In this document: positions 1 through 6,405 of the stretch, in pieces
How the letters are laid out: every line of letters begins with the position of its first letter
How positions within the stretch are numbered: position 1 is the stretch's first letter
Source: a virus
Virus record (IMG/VR): IMGVR_UViG_3300045988_153975
DNA: 13,306 bases
Strand: one strand, 5' to 3'
Position numbers and translations under genes: made by a program
Notes under the pieces: generated by a model
What the model was told of the DNA's origin: nothing
Database searches by the model: none
Seen by the model: the letters and a program-made list of their open reading frames with translations, nothing else

Positions 1-207
1 GTGGTAGTACTTTAGCACATTAAAGTGGTAACGCATTAACGCTTCACCACACTAAAGTTCCCACATGCACTTGTCTATGCACTAGAATTGTTAACAGCAC
101 AAGTTTTAGTTAATATAAAATAGTTGTTGACAAAGAATAACTAGTGTGCTATAATCTTTTTAGAAACAAGATAACAGTTTTAAATGAAAGGAGAAACATA
201 TGTATAC
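1..207. repeat. Left inverted terminal repeat (ITR-L), 207 bp
   Basis: I reverse-complemented 13100..13306 by hand and it matches 1..207 at every base. Identity ends at position 208 (a, against t in the mirror). A terminal location next to a protein-primed polymerase fits a phi29/Cp-1-type replication origin. Confidence 0.97.
127..155 (+). promoter_or_regulatory. Consensus sigma-70/sigma-A promoter inside ITR-L (early, left arm)
   Basis: TTGACA (127-132), a 17-nt spacer, then TGcTATAAT with the -10 at 150-155 and the extended TG at 147-148. It lies about 45 nt upstream of the ATG at 200. Confidence 0.85.
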
Positions 208-394
208 ACTTAAGGAAGTTTTAGAATTAGTAAATGCAGGAGAAGATATTTATTGTGAATTATATCGAGGAGGAAGTTATATTTGTGAGGGTTGGCTTCA
301 GGGATCAACTCTGAAACCTGATACAAAGATTGAGTCATACAGACTCGATTATGATTCGGTCGTTGAAGATTACCTGGTACTGCATCTTGCGTAA
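200..394 (+). CDS. Small terminal early protein, paralog family member A (64 aa), function unknown
   Basis: An AAAGGAG RBS sits 7 nt upstream of the ATG. The first 8 nt of the ORF lie inside the ITR. It aligns along its full length with the 64-aa ORF at 12913..13107 (MYTL..VLEL...YRG..YI.EG...Y.L.....DYL.LH.A). It is acidic. Confidence 0.8.
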   Translation: MYTLKEVLELVNAGEDIYCELYRGGSYICEGWLQGSTLKPDTKIESYRLDYDSVVEDYLVLHLA

Positions 395-407
395 AGGAGT
401 GATCTAT

Positions 408-608
408 ATGACATTAAGAGATGTGTTACTAGCTTGTGGTAACCTAAAAAACCGTTCCCTGGTCATTATAACTGATGAACACGGAGAAGTCTATTCCAAC
501 ACGGTTGAGGGTTGTTTCGAACAGAACCCGACTTACATGAAAATGGAAGTAGATTTTTTCAAAATTTTTCATTGTAAGAACGGCGACAAAATCATCTGTC
601 TGATATAA
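408..608 (+). CDS. Small early protein, distant paralog B (66 aa), function unknown
   Basis: AAAGGAGTG lies 6 nt before the ATG at 408. The ATG at 330 in the ORF track has no RBS and overlaps the previous gene. The N-terminus MTLRDVLL resembles MYTLKEVLEL of the neighbouring gene. A terminator follows directly. Confidence 0.7.
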   Translation: MTLRDVLLACGNLKNRSLVIITDEHGEVYSNTVEGCFEQNPTYMKMEVDFFKIFHCKNGDKIICLI

Positions 609-610
609 GA

Positions 611-640
611 AAAGAGGGCTATAAGCCCTCTTTCTTTTAT
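611..640. terminator. Bidirectional intrinsic terminator between convergent genes
   Basis: The stem pairs 611-619 (AAAGAGGGC) with 625-633 (GCCCTCTTT) around a short loop. CTTTTAT follows on the + strand. The hairpin sits between the stop at 608 (+) and the stop at 637 (-). Confidence 0.8.
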
Positions 641-1992
641 AAGTTAACCGGCATCCAAGTCCAGTCCGCGGGAACTTTATCATTGTAGTAAATCGAATCA
701 CCATTTTCAAGAATGATGCAATTAGCGGCCTGTGCTGATAAAAGTTGATCTCCGTGGTTCACAAAGGTCGCGCCTTGCCCCCGCTGATAAACGATCACGG
801 TTGAACCTGTGTCATTTACAACCGCATGTTCTGCATCAGCGGCGGTCGGTATAGTTTTACTGATTAACCGGATAGCAGGCTGTGAGAACTGTGATAATTG
901 CCCTTTGATGTCGACGTTGCAAGTTTTATCAAGTGCAAGAACATCATGTGTTTTCGTGTTATTTTTGAGAAGCACAGAGAAATCATTTCTCAGCCCTTTG
1001 CACTCCAGAGCAGTGGCGTTGTTGAACAGAAAACAGTCATTGATATAGTTATCAGATGAGAGCATTTTCAGCGCAACGCCAACGGTGTTTGAAAAGATAA
1101 AACAATTCACAACTCTACTACCACCAAAGGTGAGATTTAAAGCACATACATCAACGCCGTTCGGATTGTTGAAACCCGTGCTTTCAATCTGCGTATTAAA
1201 CAGGTAACATCCCGCATTATCCGTGCAAGCTGTCTTGCTGTTTGCATAAAAATGCGAATTGTTAATGATACTAGCGGTCGCGGTGTATTTTTCACTCTTT
1301 TCAAGTGATAAAGCGTCTCCGTTAAGATAAAACCAGCAATCATGAAAAATGCTGTCATGCGGGCCTTTCCAGATCACACCGATCGTATTATTGTAAAAGC
1401 GACACTTTTCAACGATCGTTTCCATGAATCCAACGTTACCCTCATCCGTTTCCGTCACGCCGCCCAGATACGTTGCCCATTCCGATACTAAGCCCTGTTC
1501 ACAATTATGGATATACACATGTGACAGTAAATTGCGGTAACCGTACATCCTCAGACCGCCGTGGGTAATTGACAGATTGCACAGGATTGCATCATGGACA
1601 CCGCCGGGAATATTACTGTTAACAAGATCTTCATAGCCAGCTGTTTTTACCAACCCCTCTATAACACTAGAATCGCTGTTTTCGCCGATTATTGTACAAT
1701 CATTACTGATATAAAGACTGTCAACTTTGTACGTTCCTGCAGGGATGAAAATAGATTTATATTTATCCAGGGCGTTCTGGATTACCGCCGTATCGTTTGT
1801 AACACCATCACCTTTAGCGCCCAGAAGTTTGACGTTAACAAAGTTTGTAATTTTAAAGTTCACAAGCAGTTTTTCAATAATCTCGTCTGGAAGATTATTA
1901 AAATCTTCTCTCAATTTTTTCATTTCCTCAATTATCCAGTCAAGGTTGAGTTCATGAAAATTTGTGTACGGAAACTGGTCGAATAATCCCAT
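637..1992 (-). CDS. Tail appendage / tailspike (receptor-binding) protein with pectate-lyase-like beta-helix, phi29 gp12-like by position
   Basis: It contains the motif LLGAKGDGVTNDTAVIQNALD...IFIPAGTYKV, typical of pectate_lyase_3 / right-handed beta-helix depolymerases. It is the last gene of the structural operon, after the collar genes. RBS AAAGGGGGA. Confidence 0.75.
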   Translation of the reverse strand: MGLFDQFPYTNFHELNLDWIIEEMKKLREDFNNLPDEIIEKLLVNFKITNFVNVKLLGAKGDGVTNDTAVIQNALDKYKSIFIPAGTYKVDSLYISNDCTIIGENSDSSVIEGLVKTAGYEDLVNSNIPGGVHDAILCNLSITHGGLRMYGYRNLLSHVYIHNCEQGLVSEWATYLGGVTETDEGNVGFMETIVEKCRFYNNTIGVIWKGPHDSIFHDCWFYLNGDALSLEKSEKYTATASIINNSHFYANSKTACTDNAGCYLFNTQIESTGFNNPNGVDVCALNLTFGGSRVVNCFIFSNTVGVALKMLSSDNYINDCFLFNNATALECKGLRNDFSVLLKNNTKTHDVLALDKTCNVDIKGQLSQFSQPAIRLISKTIPTAADAEHAVVNDTGSTVIVYQRGQGATFVNHGDQLLSAQAANCIILENGDSIYYNDKVPADWTWMPVNL

Positions 1993-2005
1993 TTCACATC
2001 CCCCT

Positions 2006-2845
2006 TTAATAAATTCTTAAACAAAACCGTTTTTTGAAATCATTGATAATGAAATCAATGATATTAAACACTGCAATTTCACGTTCGGCGGTAATCATCC
2101 GTTGCGTCATGGTCACACCGATGTTTCCGGTTTCCACCTGTTCATGAGTCGTTTCACCCGTGTTATTATCAGACGTTTCACGTGAAACATCATTTGTTTC
2201 ACCGCCCATGTTCGCAATTGTTTTTGTGCCCTTATTTGTTACTTTTCCGCTTCCTGTGAAATCCTCTGTGCTTTCTGTGCTGTTGTTCTCGCTTGCCGTG
2301 CTGTTTGTTTTCTCCCGGTTCTGAAAATCGGTGCTGTCATAAGCACTGACTTTCCCGGTTCTTTCATCCTGCTCTGTGCGGGTGTTTGTGCCCGTTCCGG
2401 TTGTTTTATTTTGCGTGTCGCTAGTTGATGTAAATTCATCAGTAGTTGTCCCGTTAGCGTTCGTGGTTTTTGTTCCTTTTTCCGTTTCCGTTCTTGTGCC
2501 GCTTCCGGTCTGCCGTTCCGTCCAAGTGCTTTTTCCGTCTTTGTTCCAGATCGGATTGTACTTATAACAGATCGTGTTATACATTTTTTGCCACACTAGT
2601 TTTTCTTTCGCAGACCAAATTTTGATGATTCGCTTTAATGCGTTAAAGTCTGCATGAAGAATCTCAAATTCTGCACACTCAATCAGAAGATTTTCTACTA
2701 CGCTCTGAGGATTGATGGCAACATCAGTGTAATAGGAATCCGCATAACCGGACGGTATCCCGTCCTTGTTCGGAAGATTTTCAATCAGACCATCCAGAAG
2801 TGATTCATCAAAATTATACAGTCCTAACAGGCTCATCGTTGCCAT
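2006..2845 (-). CDS. Putative lower collar / tail tube protein (phi29 gp11 position)
   Basis: It lies immediately downstream of the connector gene, as gene 11 does in phi29. I place the start at the ATG at 2845, with AAGGGGG 8 nt upstream. The ORF-track start at 2854 is a GTG with no spacing to the RBS. The central ~125 aa form a T/N/G/E/S-rich low-complexity tract. Confidence 0.45.
   Translation of the reverse strand: MATMSLLGLYNFDESLLDGLIENLPNKDGIPSGYADSYYTDVAINPQSVVENLLIECAEFEILHADFNALKRIIKIWSAKEKLVWQKMYNTICYKYNPIWNKDGKSTWTERQTGSGTRTETEKGTKTTNANGTTTDEFTSTSDTQNKTTGTGTNTRTEQDERTGKVSAYDSTDFQNREKTNSTASENNSTESTEDFTGSGKVTNKGTKTIANMGGETNDVSRETSDNNTGETTHEQVETGNIGVTMTQRMITAEREIAVFNIIDFIINDFKKRFCLRIY
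2185..2198. promoter_or_regulatory. Copy 1 of the palindrome GTTTCACGTGAAAC (intragenic)
   Basis: This is an exact 14-bp palindrome inside the lower-collar ORF, encoding ..DVSRET... Its flanks (ac...at) are the same as those of the 6391 copy. Confidence 0.5.
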
Positions 2846-3728
2846 CTTCCGCACCCCCTTTATATCTCCAATTCACATCCAGTTTGATACCGAACATCTC
2901 CCGCACTTTTTCGCAGGATTCTTTCAGCTCTTCCAGCCAAAGGTCACATTTCGACCGGGTTTCCACCTTATTCGCGTTCACCTCATCGGTAATCAACCGC
3001 TCCTTTTTGTCCGTGTTGGCGTTCGGGATTCCAACGTCTGTGCAGAACATAGCTTCGATTTTACGCATGTCCGAAAGCACCTGATCTGCGATATAGTTTT
3101 GTCCGACATTCTGGTTGAACATCTGCCAGTTGGCCTTACCGTCGTCCCGGAAAAGCTCTTTGTCGATCACAGCGGCTACGTTTCCAGCGGCGATCTGATC
3201 ATAGAGCTTTTTGAATGTTTCCGCCGTGGCTTTATTCTCGGCGGCGAACACATAAGCAAGTTTGCTGTTCACCAGATTCATTCCCACCGATTCCGCACAC
3301 AACGCTAACATATCCGCATAGTAGGTAACAATATCCATAATCCCGCCGTAATCGGGCTGTAGTCTAACCAGTTCACACTGTAAGCCAATGCGAGGTTCTA
3401 GTGTGCCAGACAGGAGCGGGTTCGTGATGATAGCGTTCGTCGGCTGGTAGAACACATCATACCCACGCAAACCGCAAGCCTGTGGGATCACTCCGTATCG
3501 ATCTGTATTGACTACTGCGAAAAAGCCCCAACAGTACAGTGTGTAAAGAGTATAGTTTTTTGACCATTCAGCGGGCATCTCCCATTTAAAGACGCTCATT
3601 GCTTTCTGTAAAAGATACCTCTGAAAATAAAGAGATAAGCTGGTATTCCGGCAATGGACGGTACTCGGCGAAATCACCGAGTTCGCCGCATTGATATAGT
3701 CTGCTGAAAAGGGTATCCCATTATACAT
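2814..3728 (-). CDS. Head-tail connector / portal (upper collar) protein, phi29 gp10 family
   Basis: The C-terminal block GIPNANTDKKERLITDEVNANKVETRSKCDLWLEELKESCEKVREMFGIKLDVNWRY closely parallels recalled phi29 gp10 ([21 protein letters not shown]...[22 protein letters not shown]). Size is similar (304 aa against about 309 aa). Confidence 0.88.
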   Translation of the reverse strand: MYNGIPFSADYINAANSVISPSTVHCRNTSLSLYFQRYLLQKAMSVFKWEMPAEWSKNYTLYTLYCWGFFAVVNTDRYGVIPQACGLRGYDVFYQPTNAIITNPLLSGTLEPRIGLQCELVRLQPDYGGIMDIVTYYADMLALCAESVGMNLVNSKLAYVFAAENKATAETFKKLYDQIAAGNVAAVIDKELFRDDGKANWQMFNQNVGQNYIADQVLSDMRKIEAMFCTDVGIPNANTDKKERLITDEVNANKVETRSKCDLWLEELKESCEKVREMFGIKLDVNWRYKGGAEDGNDEPVRTV

Positions 3729-4803
3729 TCCTTCTATCCCTCCGCTTCTTTTTACTGAGAATAGCGATCAGAAACGTCGTTCCCGATCCGGGTAATGCCC
3801 CGGTACTGAGGAAGCGATAAATTAACACTGCATTGTTATAACGCTCTGCTTCGCTGAGGTATCGGTTTCCTTTCGCCCATGTTGTGATAGTCATGTCATT
3901 TGCATGGGAAACGATATAGTCATAACAGTTCCGCGCATACTGCACACGCGCGTCCCACGAACTGTCATGGATTCCTTCCCAGCCGATATTCCATGCATGA
4001 GTTAATGCTTCAATGTCTGTGCTGTCACTGGTCAAAAATTCAGTCAGATTATTGTAAGCCGATGCTTCCCCGGTGCTGTACCAGACATTTTCGTGGATCA
4101 GATAGTTCAGCTGACCAACTCCATCATCATCCACATAGCCGTTGTTCATTAACCATTCATTTAACTTGTACAGTCTCCCATGCGTATCCCCTTCTGTGTT
4201 CGTCCACTGACCAAGACCGAACCCGACAAGCAGATCAGTAAACGTGGATTCATTCAGATCCTGCCAGATTCCGGGATTGATGCCGGACTCCTGCCAGAAG
4301 TTTCCACAGATAGCGGCTACCACATAAGCACTGCTTCCTTTCGCTCCGCTTGCTCCACTGCCAAAGCGGTGGCAAGTGTCCCAGGTAGCAGGATTGCTGT
4401 CACCCGTGTTAATGGAAACCTGCTCTCCGAGAGGATAAGTGGAACTGTGCGCACCCATGGTTCTGCGCCCGTCATAGACCATTTCTGTGTGATTCCCGTA
4501 ATTGTTGTTCCGCACAAGAATATCACCGGGTTTCCATGCATCAGCAACCGGGACACGGTTAAAGCCGAGGGCATCCAGTACACCGCCCATGTCATAAGTG
4601 GTGAATGGCCATGACTGGCCTCCATGCGCGGGAACCACATCAAAGCCGGATGCCAGAAGAGCATACCAGATAAAGGAACTACAGTCATAATAAGTAATTC
4701 CGTTAACTGTCTGCTGATTCCGGTACGTCTGTGAGTAGCCGACATTCTTTTTGTTACAGGTATCAATAGCCCATTGATATGATACCTGTATATTGCCCGC
4801 CAT
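3721..4803 (-). CDS. Two-domain peptidoglycan hydrolase: N-terminal NlpC/P60-type endopeptidase plus lysozyme/transglycosylase-like domain
   Basis: The NlpC/P60 signature is YYDCSSFIWYAL (Cys) ... PGDILVR...GNHTEMVY (His). The second domain has AAICGNFWQESGINPG...GFGLGQWT, a phage tail-lysozyme-like motif with a Glu. Its start overlaps the upstream stop (TAATG). The C-terminus is hydrophobic then basic. Confidence 0.85.
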   Translation of the reverse strand: MAGNIQVSYQWAIDTCNKKNVGYSQTYRNQQTVNGITYYDCSSFIWYALLASGFDVVPAHGGQSWPFTTYDMGGVLDALGFNRVPVADAWKPGDILVRNNNYGNHTEMVYDGRRTMGAHSSTYPLGEQVSINTGDSNPATWDTCHRFGSGASGAKGSSAYVVAAICGNFWQESGINPGIWQDLNESTFTDLLVGFGLGQWTNTEGDTHGRLYKLNEWLMNNGYVDDDGVGQLNYLIHENVWYSTGEASAYNNLTEFLTSDSTDIEALTHAWNIGWEGIHDSSWDARVQYARNCYDYIVSHANDMTITTWAKGNRYLSEAERYNNAVLIYRFLSTGALPGSGTTFLIAILSKKKRRDRRNV

Positions 4804-4982
4804 TAACGGTACCTCTTGATGATCGGGAGAAGTTCATTTACGCATTTCTGCACACTGACAGGATCAAAGCCGTCCGCTTTTAACCGTTTGATGCGGTCAC
4901 TTCCGTTTCCATAGTTCCCGCCAATTACCAATATAGCTACTGCAACAGTAGTCGGCAGTGAATACATTTTAATCTCACTCAT
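4803..4982 (-). CDS. Small ORF absent from the ORF track (59 aa): hydrophobic N-terminus plus a single CW_7-like (Cpl-7 type) peptidoglycan-binding repeat
   Basis: My translation is MSEIKMYSLPTTVAVAILVIGGNYGNGSDRIKRLKADGFDPVSVQKCVNELLPIIKRYR. RBS GAAGGGGGA lies 7 nt upstream. It overlaps the upstream gene by 8 nt and the downstream gene through TAATG. G.YGNG..R...L...G.D...VQ..VNELL matches the CW_7 repeat consensus as I recall it. Confidence 0.7.
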   Translation of the reverse strand: MSEIKMYSLPTTVAVAILVIGGNYGNGSDRIKRLKADGFDPVSVQKCVNELLPIIKRYR

Positions 4983-6372
4983 AATAAAATCCCCCTTCTA
5001 AAAATTCTTTTACCATTTTCTTTTCCGGTTCGGTTGCGGAAAAATTGATCGCACCATTTTCCACTTTCACATACCCGGTACAATCAGAAATCTTCCGGTG
5101 CTGACAGAGCGGTGAGCCGTTATCAGCTTTGTCATACGCGACTTGCGAAAAATAGTTCGCTTTCAGCGCAACAAAGTGACCAAGACCAATTGCCGCCATA
5201 CCGCTGTTAGTCCCGGTTGTATTCAAAATGCTGTTGCTCGCTTCCATGGATGAAGCGATACCAGACCCAGAAAAAGCGCCAGCAAGACCAGACACCAGTC
5301 CGTTCCACGCCGTTGATAATGCACCAGATAAGCCTGAATATTGTTTTTCGTAGTTGAACGCGACATTGGAAAGCTGTATGGTCACACCAACTTGCGCCTG
5401 GCCTTCATAGAGAAGTCTGTAGTTCTGAGTATCCTCACCAACCCTTGATTCGATTCGCAGGATTCCCTTACCAGTCACAAAGTCAAATGTCGCCGTGAAA
5501 AGAACATCATCAACAATTTTGTTACCGTCCAAGGGGATCACGCCCCACGGATCGGCTACCGCGTAATACTCAGCAAAGGGCGGATATCTCAGATAAACCA
5601 GATCCTCATTATGCGGGCGTTTCGGTCTTTTCAATGTCAACGTCTGCGAGGATGTAGTAGAAATCAGCTTGTGCCCTGTCAGTGTCGGAGTAGACCAGAA
5701 CCCGAACCCAAGCGGTGTTGCTCCTTCTTCTGCAGGAACTGGAACAGGGAACCACAAGCAAGAAACCACATATTGAAAGGGGTCAATGAATGCTTTCGCT
5801 ACATCTCCTGCGAAATCGGTAATCTGATCCCAAGACTGAATAGAACCGAGCATGTAGGCGCGAAAAGCCGCCATTTCTGCGCCTGTCAGTGCATAGTACG
5901 CGACACCGCCTGCGACCGTATCATTGTTGTTTACCAGACCCACCACATAAGTTCCTTTATCCAGATCTGGGTTTACCCAGTCCCAAGAACCCACGTTTGA
6001 TGCGTTTTCCACGCCGACGACGGTAGGATATAAGCTATCAATGATTGTCGGGTCTTGGAACGTAGCGCATCTCAGAATATAAGCGGTGGTGTCACCAATC
6101 ACTGTTTTATACGTTGCAAGAACATCCTCAGACAGAACGACGCGCCAGATACCTTTTTCCCAAATCACATCCTGCACAAAGTAATACCGTGAGAAAGCGG
6201 GGATATAGGCATAGTTGTAAGTAGTCACATTTTCAACCACTTCCAGTTCCGGTCTGATGATAGAGGTGTTATCTTTTAAAACGGCTTGTATAGTCAATCC
6301 CCCCGCTGAGGGGGGATTTTTTGTACTGTTGAGCCGTTTAGAAAAGGTGTAAAGAGTAACTGATAATGCCAT
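4975..6372 (-). CDS. Tail knob / distal tail protein (phi29 gp9-like)
   Basis: It follows the capsid gene. The N-terminal pattern ...YAYIPAFSRYYFV....SEDVLATYK is comparable to phi29 gp9 (...WFYAFV...EIDVLQTW). A Gly/Ala/Ser-rich hydrophobic segment (GLSGALSTAWNGLVSGLAGAFSGSGIASS) and a C-terminal block resemble the gp9 membrane-active loop and C-terminus. Confidence 0.6.
   Translation of the reverse strand: MALSVTLYTFSKRLNSTKNPPSAGGLTIQAVLKDNTSIIRPELEVVENVTTYNYAYIPAFSRYYFVQDVIWEKGIWRVVLSEDVLATYKTVIGDTTAYILRCATFQDPTIIDSLYPTVVGVENASNVGSWDWVNPDLDKGTYVVGLVNNNDTVAGGVAYYALTGAEMAAFRAYMLGSIQSWDQITDFAGDVAKAFIDPFQYVVSCLWFPVPVPAEEGATPLGFGFWSTPTLTGHKLISTTSSQTLTLKRPKRPHNEDLVYLRYPPFAEYYAVADPWGVIPLDGNKIVDDVLFTATFDFVTGKGILRIESRVGEDTQNYRLLYEGQAQVGVTIQLSNVAFNYEKQYSGLSGALSTAWNGLVSGLAGAFSGSGIASSMEASNSILNTTGTNSGMAAIGLGHFVALKANYFSQVAYDKADNGSPLCQHRKISDCTGYVKVENGAINFSATEPEKKMVKEFLEGGFYYE
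6296..6322 (+). other. Strong GC hairpin plus T-run embedded in the tail knob coding sequence (terminator-like on the antisense + strand)
   Basis: AATCCCCCC (6296-6304), loop GCTGA, GGGGGGATT (6310-6318), then TTTT to 6322. On the - strand the same bases encode KNPPSAGGL. Confidence 0.4.
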
Positions 6373-6390
6373 GTTAACTCCTTTCTTTAC

Positions 6391-6404
6391 GTTTCATGTG
6401 AAAC
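6391..6404. promoter_or_regulatory. Copy 2 (variant) of the palindrome: GTTTCATGTGAAAC
   Basis: It differs from the other copies by one central substitution (CG to TG). It sits in the 33-nt gap between the capsid stop (6406) and the tail knob start (6372), 6 nt upstream of the RBS AGAAAGGAG. Confidence 0.5.
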
Positions 6405-6405
6405 A

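Noticed and set aside
1-126. Short dyad symmetries in the ITR (ACTTTAG/CTAAAGT, GTGGT/ACCAC, TTAAC/GTTAA) and the ATGCACT direct repeat
   Set aside because: They are real but short (5-7 bp), and I cannot separate them from chance without comparative data. I note them only as possible origin or TP-binding elements, not as features.
330-608. The 92-aa version of the second left-arm ORF, starting at 330
   Set aside because: The start at 330 lies inside the preceding gene and has no RBS. The internal ATG at 408 has AAAGGAGTG at the right spacing.
444-710. An 88-aa - strand ORF overlapping the left-arm genes and the terminator
   Set aside because: It runs antisense to two well-supported genes, spans the terminator hairpin and has no RBS.
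809-6000. Multiple antisense or alternative-frame ORFs nested in the large - strand genes: 809..1048, 1137..1358, 1594..1986, 1727..1957, 2239..2439, 2376..2567, 2766..3308, 2800..3084, 3900..4241, 4180..4614, 4317..4766, 5611..6000
   Set aside because: They have no RBS, their composition is low-complexity or biased in the way typical of shadow ORFs, and each is fully contained in a gene that has homology or synteny support.
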